From assembly GCA_016186955.1 (NCBI GenBank), contig JACPKP010000009.1, positions 161,595 to 225,594 of the forward strand: a DNA stretch of 64,000 nucleotides. The letters run 5' to 3'. Made by a program: the position numbers and the translations under genes. This document shows positions 1-9,191 of this stretch, piece by piece (position 1 is the stretch's first letter; each line of letters opens with the position of its first letter). Under the pieces are notes generated by a model. It was given only the letters and a program-made list of their open reading frames with translations, did not search any database and was not told the DNA's origin. This DNA comes from Candidatus Daviesbacteria bacterium. GTDB taxonomy: Bacteria > Patescibacteriota > Microgenomatia > Daviesbacterales > UBA10151.

Positions 1-83
1 AAAAAATCCGGACCAGGGAAGTCCTTCAGCTGATTGGCGTCCTGGGGATTATAGTTGCAACTGCAGCAATCCCTTCATTGCCC

Positions 84-548
84 ATGGCTTTGGGTGCTGT
101 GGTAAAAGTCTGGAAAAACGTTAATAGAAAAGATTTAGGAAAGATTATTAAAAGACTGGAAAAACAAGAGATGATTTCAATCAGAGAAAATGGAGAACAG
201 ATCACTATTGAAATCACCGATAGGGGCAAAAGACGTCTTCTGGAGTATGACTTTGAAAATATTCAATTGAAGTCCCAGAAAAGAGATGGGAAATGGAGAT
301 TAGTAATTTTTGATATCCCGGAAGATAAGAAAAGCGCGCGGGAGATCTTCAGAAAAAAACTTCTTCAGTTGGGTTTAATAAGATTGCAGGATAGCGTTTT
401 TGTTAGTGCATTTCCCTGTAAAAAGGAGGTTGATTTCCTGTGCCATTATTTGGGAATATCGGATTTTATTACTCTTTTATCTATTGATAGAATTGAAAGA
501 GGGGAAGAACTTATTTTTAAAAGATTTACCTTTGGAGACAATCAATAG
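84..548 (+). CDS. winged-helix DNA-binding protein with Cas2-like/PaaX-like C-terminal region; reading frame is open to window start, so the gene may begin upstream
   Basis: ORF 78-548 (TTG at 78, ATG at 84); in-frame with no stop back to position 3. N-terminal part looks like a wHTH (KIIKRLEKQEMISIRENGEQITIEITDRGKRRL). C-terminal 'WRLVIFDIPEDKK...REIFRKKLLQLGLIRLQDSVFV' resembles the Cas2/PaaX-C fold pattern. No CRISPR array adjacent. Confidence 0.35.
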   Translation: MALGAVVKVWKNVNRKDLGKIIKRLEKQEMISIRENGEQITIEITDRGKRRLLEYDFENIQLKSQKRDGKWRLVIFDIPEDKKSAREIFRKKLLQLGLIRLQDSVFVSAFPCKKEVDFLCHYLGISDFITLLSIDRIERGEELIFKRFTFGDNQ

Positions 549-657
549 CTATAGCAATTCATTGTACCCATTAATCAGCATAGACGAGGATATTGTATGA
601 GGATGATAGTTGTGCATGTTGGTTTGCCAGATTGACTGTAACTTTTTTGTAGCAGGT

Positions 658-1323
658 TCATTTTAAAGCTACAGCATGTTGGTTGGCATATCTGGGGTCT
701 GATTCTAAAGCAATTGCCTTAGCAAATAAGGGATGGTTTTTGGGATTTTGTTTGGGTAAGGTATTTAATTCCTGTTTCAGTTTGCCGACGCTGATTTGTT
801 CTTTTTCCTCAAGGAGGTTAATAAACTGAGCCTCTAAACTATCTGGTCCGTCTGAAAGCCAAATGTTTTTAGCTGTTTCTGCTGCAAACAACCCGAGACG
901 GAGATATTTTTGAATGGGTTTAGCGCTTAGATTAAGACACTCGTCTAAAAGCTCTGTAATTACATATTCCAGCCTTCCTCTGTACTCAAAATCAACCGGG
1001 TATTCAAATGACTCATACCGACTAAGGGTATTTTCATTGTTTTGTTTCATCCTCCCTAAACTGACATAGATATCTGCAAATAAGTTGTCGGGTGATCCAA
1101 CACTTTTGCCGTCGCTTCCGCCAAAACGGTTGGTATCGTAATACATTCCCCAAAAGGGCGCTGGCAGAAATTTGTAATTACGCTCTCCGCTAAAAACAGT
1201 GCGCACATATTTATTCAGTTGTTCCAGATCCATGTGGGTAATATCGTGAGCCATTGCAGCAGAGTCCCAGGTATCACCTGTGGGGTCTGTTTTCATTATC
1301 TCAGGTGTTAGTGTCATATGCAC
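658..1323 (-). CDS. hypothetical protein (221 aa), no recognisable motif
   Basis: Long ORF on minus strand, convergent with upstream + gene; no family recognised by eye. Confidence 0.45.
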   Translation of the reverse strand: MHMTLTPEIMKTDPTGDTWDSAAMAHDITHMDLEQLNKYVRTVFSGERNYKFLPAPFWGMYYDTNRFGGSDGKSVGSPDNLFADIYVSLGRMKQNNENTLSRYESFEYPVDFEYRGRLEYVITELLDECLNLSAKPIQKYLRLGLFAAETAKNIWLSDGPDSLEAQFINLLEEKEQISVGKLKQELNTLPKQNPKNHPLFAKAIALESDPRYANQHAVALK

Positions 1324-1385
1324 ACTATTATACTCATCAGTATTACCTTGTCAATACAGGATTTGATTATTCTTTCAAAAGAGGC

Positions 1386-2576
1386 TCATTCGTATCTTAA
1401 TGCCTGGATGGGGTCAAGGCGGGCGGCACGGATGGCAGGGGCGACCCCAAAAATTACTCCTACTATCATTGAAAATCCAAATGATAGCGCTACAGACCAG
1501 AAGGGGACTGTAGTTGTGATAAAATTTCCTGCGATAATAGAGAGTAAAAACCCTAAAATTATCCCGATTACCCCGCCTAAACAAGATAATGTTAAGGCTT
1601 CGATTAAGAACTGGTTTCTGATATCAATATTTCTTGCGCCAAGCGCTTTTCTCAAACCTATCTCCCTGGTTCTTTCTGTTACAGAGACAAGCATGATATT
1701 CATAATCCCTATCCCGCCTACGATTAGTGAAATAGCCGCAATTCCACCAAGGGCGATTGTCAGCACACCGGTGATTTGTGAGATAGTTGATAAGGTCTGT
1801 TCCTGGGTTTGTACAGTAAATTCATCCTCAGAGAGCTTCTTTTTTAAAATATTTTCAGTTTTTGACTGGATGGTTTTGACATCTTCAGATTTCATGGTGC
1901 TAATATAAATAGTGTTTAATTTGTCTATCCCAAATTGCCTTTGGGCGCTGGATAATGGAATAAAGACCGAATTATCCTGGTCAATCCCGAAAATTGAGCC
2001 TCTTTTATCAAACAGCCCGATGACCTCATATTTGCTTCCTGCAATATCAATTTTTTTCCCTTTTATACTTTGGCCCGGGAATAAAGTATTTTGTACGGAT
2101 ATCCCAATTACTGCTATTTTCCTGCCTGCACTATCTTCTGAAATACTAAAAAAACGCCCTTCCAACATCTTAATTGATATTAATTTTGGGTAATTAGCCT
2201 GTACCCCGAAAACTGAAGCGCCTTTGTCTGTTTTATTGGCGTATTTTAATGTGGAATTTCTTTGCACCACAGCAGAGACTTCAGCTTCTCCCGACAGTTT
2301 ATTTTTTAAGTTTGTTGCATCCTGAAGAGTCAGACGGTTAGCCTGGACGCCTCCGGGCGATCTGGCGCCGCCGATCCTTCCCGGAATTACAAATATTAAA
2401 TTTGACCCTAAACCCTGGATTTGGGATGTGATATAGCTTTTGAGCCCTGATACCAGTGAAATCAGAAGTATGACTGATGTTACACCAATGACTATGCCAA
2501 GGATGGTTAAAAAAGAACGCAGTCTGTTTGCCAATATTGTTGTAAAAGATAATTTGATAGTTTCGAAAAAATTCAT
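1386..2576 (-). CDS. ABC transporter permease, MacB/FtsX family
   Basis: 396 aa with N-terminal TM, large periplasmic domain and 3 C-terminal TMs (FtsX-like); typical MacB-type C-terminus; co-oriented with ATPase and HlyD genes. Confidence 0.8.
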   Translation of the reverse strand: MNFFETIKLSFTTILANRLRSFLTILGIVIGVTSVILLISLVSGLKSYITSQIQGLGSNLIFVIPGRIGGARSPGGVQANRLTLQDATNLKNKLSGEAEVSAVVQRNSTLKYANKTDKGASVFGVQANYPKLISIKMLEGRFFSISEDSAGRKIAVIGISVQNTLFPGQSIKGKKIDIAGSKYEVIGLFDKRGSIFGIDQDNSVFIPLSSAQRQFGIDKLNTIYISTMKSEDVKTIQSKTENILKKKLSEDEFTVQTQEQTLSTISQITGVLTIALGGIAAISLIVGGIGIMNIMLVSVTERTREIGLRKALGARNIDIRNQFLIEALTLSCLGGVIGIILGFLLSIIAGNFITTTVPFWSVALSFGFSMIVGVIFGVAPAIRAARLDPIQALRYE

Positions 2577-2682
2577 GTTAAATATTAAATCTCAAATGGC
2601 AAATCTACATCTAAAATTTTAAATCTTTTAAGATTTGATTTTTTCAATTGTAGTTTTGAATTTTGACATTTGAGTTTTGAGA

Positions 2683-3354
2683 TTATCTTACTATTTCCCC
2701 ATCTTTAATATGTATTATTTTTTTTGCATGTTTTGCGATATTATCTTCATGGGTAATCATAATAATTGTCTTACCTGTCTTATTCAATTTTTGAAAAAGT
2801 TCTACTATTTCACCTCCGCTTTTTGAGTCCAGGTTGCCGGTTGGTTCATCGGCTAAAATTATCTCAGGATTGGTGACTAATGCTCTGGCTATCGCAACCC
2901 GTTGCTGCTGTCCGCCTGAGAGTTGGTTGGGGTGGGAGTTTAGTTTTTCAGACAGTCCAACTTCAGCAATCATTTGTTGAGCTTTCTGTTCCCGTTCTTT
3001 TTTTGAAAATCCGCTGTATATAAGCGGTAAAGCAACATTTTGCAGAGTGCTTGTTCTCGGGAGTAGGTTAAAATTTTGGAAAACAAAACCGATTTTTTGA
3101 TTCCTTAGTTTGGCTAGGGTATCCTGATTTGAGTTTGTAGTATCTTGCCCTTCAAGATTATAGGAACCGGAAGTAGGCCTGTCTAAAAGCCCGATTATGT
3201 TTATAAGTGTTGATTTACCGGAACCTGATGCGCCGATTATTGCTAAAAATTCGCCTTTTTGGACTGATAAATTTATATTTTTTAAGGCCTGAAAACTAAC
3301 AGTTTCAGCTGCTTGATAAATCTTATTGACATTTATAAAGTGAATCAGGTTCAT
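2683..3354 (-). CDS. ABC transporter ATP-binding protein (MacB/LolD-type)
   Basis: Walker [13 protein letters not shown] signature [15 protein letters not shown], Walker [14 protein letters not shown]-loop ITHE. Confidence 0.9.
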   Translation of the reverse strand: MNLIHFINVNKIYQAAETVSFQALKNINLSVQKGEFLAIIGASGSGKSTLINIIGLLDRPTSGSYNLEGQDTTNSNQDTLAKLRNQKIGFVFQNFNLLPRTSTLQNVALPLIYSGFSKKEREQKAQQMIAEVGLSEKLNSHPNQLSGGQQQRVAIARALVTNPEIILADEPTGNLDSKSGGEIVELFQKLNKTGKTIIMITHEDNIAKHAKKIIHIKDGEIVR

Positions 3355-4442
3355 CCACGTCTTGGGTTAAACACACCTCGGAATATCCTTAAAAACGGAT
3401 TTGATCCCTGGAAGTTATTTTTTGCCTGTGAGGGGTTTTCAACAACTTCCTCATTCTCATGTAAACCGCTTTTTATTTCAACTTCAATATCTGATTTTAC
3501 ACCGGTTACAACTTTGGTGGATCTGAAACCGTTTGGTGTTTTTATCAACACTATATTGTCATCCCTCAATGCATCCTGAGGGATGGTAAGTGCATGATTT
3601 TGTGCTGCAGTTGTTATGGCGGCCTGACCATTCAGCCCTGGAATGAATTTAATATTGGGGTTATCCAGTTTTATCCTGACGGTAATTGTGGTGGCATTTG
3701 AGGAGGAAGTTTTAGTTTGCGGGACTATCTCATCAACGGTGCCTTCAAAAATATCATCTTCGTAAGCATTCAAGGTGATTTGAGCATTTTGGTTTTGGGA
3801 AATTTTACTGATATCCGCTTCATCTACATCTGCATCAAAGAAAATTTCGGAATCATCAGATATATCAACAATAATATCCGATTGGGAAACGATTTGGCCC
3901 GGTACAAAATCGGTTTGGGTTACTAAACCGTTGATAGGAGAAAATATTTGTGCTTCCTGAATAGCCTGCTCAGCAGCTTTTAGGTTATCATAAGCATTAT
4001 CTCTGGCAGTTTGTGCTGCTACCCGGGTGTCTTTTTGGGCAAAAGTTTCATCACTGTCATGGTTTTTAACCTGGTCTTCTATATTTTTGGCTGTTGCATC
4101 TTTAGCAGTGTAGATATTTTGTGCCTGTCTTAAAGCTATGGAGAGCTCCTTGGTATCCAAGCCTGCAACCGGTTGCCCCGCACTTACCCTATCCCCCTGT
4201 TTAACATTGATATAGGCAAGCTTGCCGGATGACTTAAATTTTAAACGGGCGCTGTGTTTGCCGATTAAGGTCCCTGAAGCAGACACCTGGGATTTAATGT
4301 CAGCGGTTTTAACTTTTGTAAATTGGATCTGCGCCTGTTTTGGTTTCTGCACTGATGAATACCAGAAAATGGCAATAAAAACTACTAAGGGGATTACTAA
4401 AAGTTTTTTAGGCAGGTATTTCAAAATAGAGATAATTTTCAT
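3351..4442 (-). CDS. HlyD/MacA-like periplasmic adaptor (membrane fusion protein)
   Basis: N-terminal TM anchor, long coiled-coil-like middle region, beta-barrel-like C-terminus; 4-nt overlap with downstream ABC ATPase, giving a MacAB-like operon. Confidence 0.7.
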   Translation of the reverse strand: MKIISILKYLPKKLLVIPLVVFIAIFWYSSVQKPKQAQIQFTKVKTADIKSQVSASGTLIGKHSARLKFKSSGKLAYINVKQGDRVSAGQPVAGLDTKELSIALRQAQNIYTAKDATAKNIEDQVKNHDSDETFAQKDTRVAAQTARDNAYDNLKAAEQAIQEAQIFSPINGLVTQTDFVPGQIVSQSDIIVDISDDSEIFFDADVDEADISKISQNQNAQITLNAYEDDIFEGTVDEIVPQTKTSSSNATTITVRIKLDNPNIKFIPGLNGQAAITTAAQNHALTIPQDALRDDNIVLIKTPNGFRSTKVVTGVKSDIEVEIKSGLHENEEVVENPSQAKNNFQGSNPFLRIFRGVFNPRRG

Positions 4443-4481
4443 ATAATTACCAGCAGCTGCTAATTTTAATACTATAAGTAT

Positions 4482-4784
4482 ATGAAATCAACTTTGATGA
4501 TAAATACAACAAAACAGGGTGAAGTTGAAGTTTCGCTGAAAGAGACAAAATTAGTACTTTTTAGCAAGCAGCAACTCGGTTCTCAAACCTTACTTCCCCT
4601 TATTAAAAATGCGCTGAAAAAAGCAGGGATATCTTTACAAGATTTAACCGGGATTAGTGTGGCAACAGGCCCGGGTTCTTTTACCGGTATCAGGGTTGGG
4701 GTTTCAGTTGCCAATGCCTTAGGGTTTGCTTTAGGGATTCATGTTAATAGGAAAAAGATGGAGACAGAGTTATTATATGATTAA
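4482..4784 (+). CDS. tsaB: TsaB/YeaZ-like protein, N-terminal domain only (truncated or minimal)
   Basis: Contains GPGSFTGIRVGVSVANALG motif typical of TsaB/Kae1 family; only 100 aa versus ~200+ aa normally. Confidence 0.5.
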   Translation: MKSTLMINTTKQGEVEVSLKETKLVLFSKQQLGSQTLLPLIKNALKKAGISLQDLTGISVATGPGSFTGIRVGVSVANALGFALGIHVNRKKMETELLYD

Positions 4785-4799
4785 TGAGTTAATGGTAAA

Positions 4800-5099
4800 T
4801 TAAGAAGAAGCTGCATAAGCATCACCCGCTATTGCCCAGTCAATTGGTATTCCATCCAAACCTTTTTCCAGGGTACTTAACTGTCTTTGAGAAGGGTTTT
4901 TAGCTAAACCCATTTTTATGGTAAAAGTGACTTCATTATTATTCCTACGTATATGTACACCCATTGTTTTGATTTCAGGGTAGCCTATTATCCAATTTCT
5001 GATTTTATTTACAAAATTAAAGCACAATAGTTTGTCTTCATATTTTTCTTGGACTTCCCGAACTTCCTGTATTGTTTTCTTAGGTTCCAGTCTTTCCAC
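4800..5099 (-). CDS. hypothetical protein (99 aa)
   Basis: ORF only; no motif recognised. Confidence 0.3.
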   Translation of the reverse strand: MERLEPKKTIQEVREVQEKYEDKLLCFNFVNKIRNWIIGYPEIKTMGVHIRRNNNEVTFTIKMGLAKNPSQRQLSTLEKGLDGIPIDWAIAGDAYAASS

Positions 5100-5161
5100 A
5101 GTATTAAGTATACTTTAAAATTGGTTTTTGTCAAATCCTGAACTATTACATCAATTTGTAC

Positions 5162-5301
5162 TTATTCAGTTTTCTCCAGTAAATACGTCATTGCGATCAC
5201 GTTCAGTTTTATGAACGTGAGAAGCAATCTGATTAGATCGCCACGGTCCGGTGTACATCGGACCTCGCGATGACGTTTGTTTTGGTAAGGACTGAATAGT
5301 T
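5162..5301. repeat. ~140-nt highly structured palindromic intergenic element (candidate MITE-like repeat or structured ncRNA)
   Basis: Outer inverted repeat cttattcagt (5162-5171) / actgaatag (5292-5300). Inner inverted repeat acgtcattgcg (5185-5195) / cgcgatgacgt (5267-5277). Perfect 9-bp hairpin TCACGTTCA-gtttta-TGAACGTGA (5198-5221). Perfect 6-bp hairpin GGTCCG-gtgtacat-CGGACC (5246-5265). Core ~50 nt recurs at 17720-17765. Confidence 0.5.
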
Positions 5302-5367
5302 ACATCCATCTTCAATGATTTGTTAACAGATTTGCAATATTAATCCCATAGTGGTATAATTCTCTTC

Positions 5368-6126
5368 ATGAGTGAACAGGATAACAGACCTTATTGGGAA
5401 AAACCTGAATTTTTCAAAGCTAAAGCGAAAAAAGAAAAATGGGGTCAACTTGCATGGACTTTAGATGATTTTTTAGCTATAAGAGGTATTCCAACTGATG
5501 ATTTAAAAAATAACCCTTCAAAAACTGAAGATGAATTAATGACAGCTGAGGAAATTGCAAATTTTTTAAGAGAAAATCAGGATTTAATTAATGAATTTAC
5601 TACAATACAGGATAATGATTTTGTAAAAAGTGCTTTACTGGAACTTACACATGAGTTTGCTTCTGTTTTGAAATATTTGAAAGCAATAGGAAGACTCCCG
5701 GAAGAGTTTGACCCTGAACCAGAAAAGCAGATTAGTTTGGGAATGAAACTTTCTGATATAAATTTTGAGATCTTAAAAGAAATTGTTCAACTTTATGAGG
5801 AAGTTGTAGGTGGGGATTATGCAAAACGTTTTAGAAGCCATGATCCTGGAAAAGCAGTAAAATATGTTGTGGAGGGTCCCGGAGAATGGAGGTTTGGTTC
5901 CAGATTAATTGATTCAAACGGTAGGCAGGATGTAAATGGAAAGCTTTTTTTAAGACCTCATCTTGCCAGGGATGAAAACAGCAATCTATTAAACGCTATA
6001 AGAATTTACTTTGACCCAAATACTATTGAAGGAGAAGAGGCAGATAAATTAAGGAAAGAATTTCAATATGCAGTGAATAGATTCTTAATCAAAAAGGGAT
6101 TAGAAGTAGAGCTCCCAAGAAGGTGA
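5368..6126 (+). CDS. hypothetical acidic protein (252 aa)
   Basis: ORF with plausible start after divergent intergenic region; no family recognised. Confidence 0.5.
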   Translation: MSEQDNRPYWEKPEFFKAKAKKEKWGQLAWTLDDFLAIRGIPTDDLKNNPSKTEDELMTAEEIANFLRENQDLINEFTTIQDNDFVKSALLELTHEFASVLKYLKAIGRLPEEFDPEPEKQISLGMKLSDINFEILKEIVQLYEEVVGGDYAKRFRSHDPGKAVKYVVEGPGEWRFGSRLIDSNGRQDVNGKLFLRPHLARDENSNLLNAIRIYFDPNTIEGEEADKLRKEFQYAVNRFLIKKGLEVELPRR

Positions 6127-6198
6127 TATTATGTATGGGTCGGTTTCTTGTTTCTTGACCCTTACCTACTCACTGGATTGAAATGATATACTTTAGTT

Positions 6199-7113
6199 GT
6201 GAACTGGAAACATCTTTTTTTGCCCCATTCGCAGACTCATAAAAAAGCCCATCTTATTTCAGCCCCGGCTTTGGCTGTTTACATAGCTATTTTTATTGTG
6301 TTGCAGATGGGTTTGCATCTTGTCTCAACAGTAAAGCCGGGGATTTTGGGAATTGCCTCAAATATAAGCCAACAGGAGCTGATAAAGTTAACAAACGCCA
6401 AGAGAGAGGCCTTGGGTTTGCCGCCTGTAATTGAAGACCCCAGGCTTGATGCAGCAGCTTTGGCCAAAGCACAAAACATGTTTGCCGAAAATTATTGGGC
6501 GCATTATTCCCCTTCCGGTAAAGACCCCTGGGGTTTTATTTTAGGGGCAGGTTACAGGTTTACAAATGCCGGTGAAAACTTAGCCAGGAATTTTTATAAC
6601 TCAAATGAAGTGGTGGATGCATGGATGGCATCACCAACGCATAGAGATAATATAATAAATTCGAAATACAGAAATATCGGAATGGCGGTTTTAGAGGGTA
6701 CCTTAAACGGCCAGCCGACTGTTTTAGTTGTCCAGGAGTTTGGTACACCGGTTGAGGCTATAGCACAGATCCCCAAGCCGCAGGTCAACCAGCCAACAAG
6801 CGAACCAATTTTACTTGCTGAAGCCCCAAAAGAGTCTACCCCGGCTGGTGTTTTTTCAGCCTCACAAAATCAACCCACACCTTTGGTAGTTAACAAAAAA
6901 ATTGCAAGTGGTGTATTGGTTGACCCGTATCTGCTAACAAAAAATATCGGGTTGGGTTTGTTGTTTTTGGTCGGTATACTAATAATTACTGATTTTTTTG
7001 TGCTCAGAAAAAGAGCAGTGGCCAGAGTTTCCTCAAGCCATTTCCCCCATCTTGCATTTTTGGCAGTTTTGACAAGCACACTAATTAATTCAAATATAGG
7101 TTCAATACTATGA
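6199..7113 (+). CDS. membrane-anchored CAP/SCP (YkwD-like) domain protein
   Basis: N-terminal TM; motifs ENYWAHYSPSG, GENLARNF, VVDAWMASPTHRDNII, YRNIGMAV typical of CAP/SCP-PR1 domain; Pro/Thr-rich linker; C-terminal TM. Confidence 0.6.
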   Translation: MNWKHLFLPHSQTHKKAHLISAPALAVYIAIFIVLQMGLHLVSTVKPGILGIASNISQQELIKLTNAKREALGLPPVIEDPRLDAAALAKAQNMFAENYWAHYSPSGKDPWGFILGAGYRFTNAGENLARNFYNSNEVVDAWMASPTHRDNIINSKYRNIGMAVLEGTLNGQPTVLVVQEFGTPVEAIAQIPKPQVNQPTSEPILLAEAPKESTPAGVFSASQNQPTPLVVNKKIASGVLVDPYLLTKNIGLGLLFLVGILIITDFFVLRKRAVARVSSSHFPHLAFLAVLTSTLINSNIGSIL

Positions 7114-7373
7114 CCAAAAGTACAAGCAAAAAAATAAAAATGAATATTTTCTATCTTTTACTGCCTTTAAGTATTATTCTTATCGTGGCTAGTTTTATTT
7201 TCCGCCAGCATGCTAATATCCAGTTGGAACTTGCAATTTTGGCAATATTTATTTATATAAGTTTTGCACTTATCCATCACTTTTTTGATAAAAGCTTAAG
7301 TTTGGAAATCATTATAGATTATATTTTGATATCAATTTTAGCAACCGTAATTTTGCTAGGTGTGGTAATATAA
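7110..7373 (+). CDS. small hydrophobic membrane protein (87 aa)
   Basis: Two to three predicted TM helices; 4-nt overlap with upstream gene. Confidence 0.3.
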   Translation: MTKSTSKKIKMNIFYLLLPLSIILIVASFIFRQHANIQLELAILAIFIYISFALIHHFFDKSLSLEIIIDYILISILATVILLGVVI

Positions 7374-7385
7374 GTTGAAGTTAAT

Positions 7386-8102
7386 ATGAAAGGTGTCATT
7401 TTAGCAGGCGGGTTGGGGACCAGGCTTTATCCTCTAACTTATGTAACAAATAAACATCTTCTTCCGGTTTACGACAAACCGATGATTTTTTATCCTATAG
7501 ATACTCTTGTAAAAGCCGGTATTACAGAAATAATGGTTGTTGTGGGCGGGCCTCATGCCGGTCATTTTATTCAAATTCTTAGGAATGGGCGTGAATTGGG
7601 GTTAAAGCATCTTGAGTTTGCATACCAGGAAAAAGAAGGCGGCATTGCCGATGCACTGTCTTTGGCTGAAGATTTTCTTGACGGTGAAGATGCAACTGTG
7701 ATTTTGGGAGATAATACCACGGATGCGGATATATCAAAAGATGTGCAAGAATTTAGCGGCGGTGGAGTAATATTTTTGAAAGAGGTGCCGGACCCCCATC
7801 GTTTTGGTGTACCTACCTTTGACCCTAAAGACCATTCTAAGATTATGAAAATTACAGAAAAGCCGGTAAAACCGGACAGCGATTTTGCCGTGACCGGCCT
7901 TTATATATATGATAGCCGGGTTTTTAATTTTATAAAAGCAATTAAACCGTCAGCCAGGGGGGAGTTGGAAATTACGGACGTAAATAATTTTTATATCGAG
8001 AAGAAGCAGCTTAAATGGAGTATGTTAAATGGTTATTGGAGGGATGCAGGCACTTTTGATACCTTGCTTGAGGCGGGAAACTTTTGGGCTAAAAAAAGTT
8101 AG
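7386..8102 (+). CDS. rmlA: sugar-1-phosphate nucleotidyltransferase, short RmlA-like (glucose-1-phosphate thymidylyltransferase-like)
   Basis: MKGVILAGGLGTRLYPLT...NKHLLPVYDKPMI signature of NTP-sugar transferases; lies immediately upstream of rmlB/C/D. Confidence 0.6.
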   Translation: MKGVILAGGLGTRLYPLTYVTNKHLLPVYDKPMIFYPIDTLVKAGITEIMVVVGGPHAGHFIQILRNGRELGLKHLEFAYQEKEGGIADALSLAEDFLDGEDATVILGDNTTDADISKDVQEFSGGGVIFLKEVPDPHRFGVPTFDPKDHSKIMKITEKPVKPDSDFAVTGLYIYDSRVFNFIKAIKPSARGELEITDVNNFYIEKKQLKWSMLNGYWRDAGTFDTLLEAGNFWAKKS

Positions 8103-8143
8103 TGTGTCATCTTAAAGTTATGAAATTACTTGTAACAGGAGGC

Positions 8144-8177
8144 GCCGGTTTTAAAAGCGTAAGCTCGTAAAACCGGC
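8144..8177 (+). promoter_or_regulatory. perfect 10-bp stem hairpin in the rmlA-rmlB spacer; its right arm can alternatively pair with the rmlB codons 9-11
   Basis: GCCGGTTTTA (8144-8153) pairs with TAAAACCGGC (8168-8177), leaving a 14-nt loop. The left arm lies inside a 16-codon mini-ORF (8120-8170, MKLLVTGGAGFKSVSS) that mimics the rmlB N-terminus. The same GCCGGTTTT recurs at 8214-8222 inside the real rmlB. Confidence 0.4.
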
Positions 8178-8189
8178 AGAACAACTAAA

Positions 8190-9191
8190 ATGAAGGTGTT
8201 AATTACTGGAGGTGCCGGTTTTATAGGGTCAAATTTTATCAGGTACTGGTTGAAAAACTATCCAAAAGATTGGATTGTTAATTTAGATAAACTGACTTAT
8301 GCGGGACATATTGAAAGCTTAAAAGGCCTTCAGAGTAATCCAAACTATCAATTTATCAAAGGTGATATCTGTGATGAAAAAATAGTTGAAAAATCAATGA
8401 AAGGTGTGGATATTGTAGTTCACTTTGCCGCTGAAACCCATGTCGACAGGTCAATAATAGACCCGACTGTTTTTGTCAAAACCAATGTGTTGGGTACGAA
8501 TGTTTTATTGGACAGCGCTTTAAAAAACAAAGTTAAGAGGTTCCACCATATCTCAACTGATGAAGTATATGGCAGTTTGGGTTTGGATGATAGCCCATTT
8601 ACCGAAGAAACCAATTTTGCTCCCAGGTCTCCGTATGCTGCCTCAAAGAGTGGAGCAGAACAATTAGTCATTGCATATTTTATCACCTATGGACTGCCGG
8701 TAACTGTGACAAATTGTGCTGATAATTTCGGACCTTTCCATGACCCTGAAAAATTAATACCCAGATTTGTCACAAATTTACTGATGGGTAAAAAAGTACC
8801 ACTCATGGGCGAAGGTGAAAATATCAGGGAATGGTTATATGTAAAAGACCATTGCCGGGCAATTGATTTTGTTCTAAATAAAGGTACATTAGGTGAAAAA
8901 TACCTAATCTCTGGAACAGAGCTTACCAATATGGAGGTTACTAAAAAGATCCTTGCTCTTTTGGGAAAGGATAAATCTTGGATTGAGTTTGTGGAACATA
9001 GGTTAGGGCATGATTTTAGGTACGCTATAAATGATTCTAAATTAAGGGAGCTGGGGTGGATGCCACAGATGAATTTTGACAAAGGATTGGAACAAACAAT
9101 AGAATGGTACAAGAAAAATGGATGGTGGTGGAAACCATTAATAAATGGCAGACCAATTGTAGATAGGGTGGCTCAAAAATCATATGGATGA
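8190..9191 (+). CDS. rmlB: dTDP-glucose 4,6-dehydratase
   Basis: MKVLITGGAGFIGSNF Rossmann start; catalytic region ...ISTDEVYG... YAASKSGAE; 333 aa typical of RmlB. Confidence 0.85.
   Translation: MKVLITGGAGFIGSNFIRYWLKNYPKDWIVNLDKLTYAGHIESLKGLQSNPNYQFIKGDICDEKIVEKSMKGVDIVVHFAAETHVDRSIIDPTVFVKTNVLGTNVLLDSALKNKVKRFHHISTDEVYGSLGLDDSPFTEETNFAPRSPYAASKSGAEQLVIAYFITYGLPVTVTNCADNFGPFHDPEKLIPRFVTNLLMGKKVPLMGEGENIREWLYVKDHCRAIDFVLNKGTLGEKYLISGTELTNMEVTKKILALLGKDKSWIEFVEHRLGHDFRYAINDSKLRELGWMPQMNFDKGLEQTIEWYKKNGWWWKPLINGRPIVDRVAQKSYG

Noticed and set aside
1318-1908. 196-aa + strand ORF
   Set aside because: Entirely antisense to the well-supported MacB/FtsX permease gene (1386-2576) and has a low-complexity translation, so it is a spurious shadow ORF.
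4482-4784. Possibility that the tsaB-like ORF continues in another frame (frameshifted full-length TsaB)
   Set aside because: No continuation of a TsaB-like C-terminal domain was recognisable in the other frames over the ~15 nt before the convergent gene. It is left as a truncated or minimal gene.
6279-7079. Several 60-70-aa minus-strand ORFs (6279-6479, 6560-6788, 6870-7079)
   Set aside because: All lie antisense within the CAP-domain gene (6199-7113); they are shadow ORFs.
8120-8170. 16-codon mini-ORF as an independent protein-coding gene
   Set aside because: It is too short and is simply a duplicate of the rmlB 5' end. It is treated as a leader or duplication remnant, not a gene.
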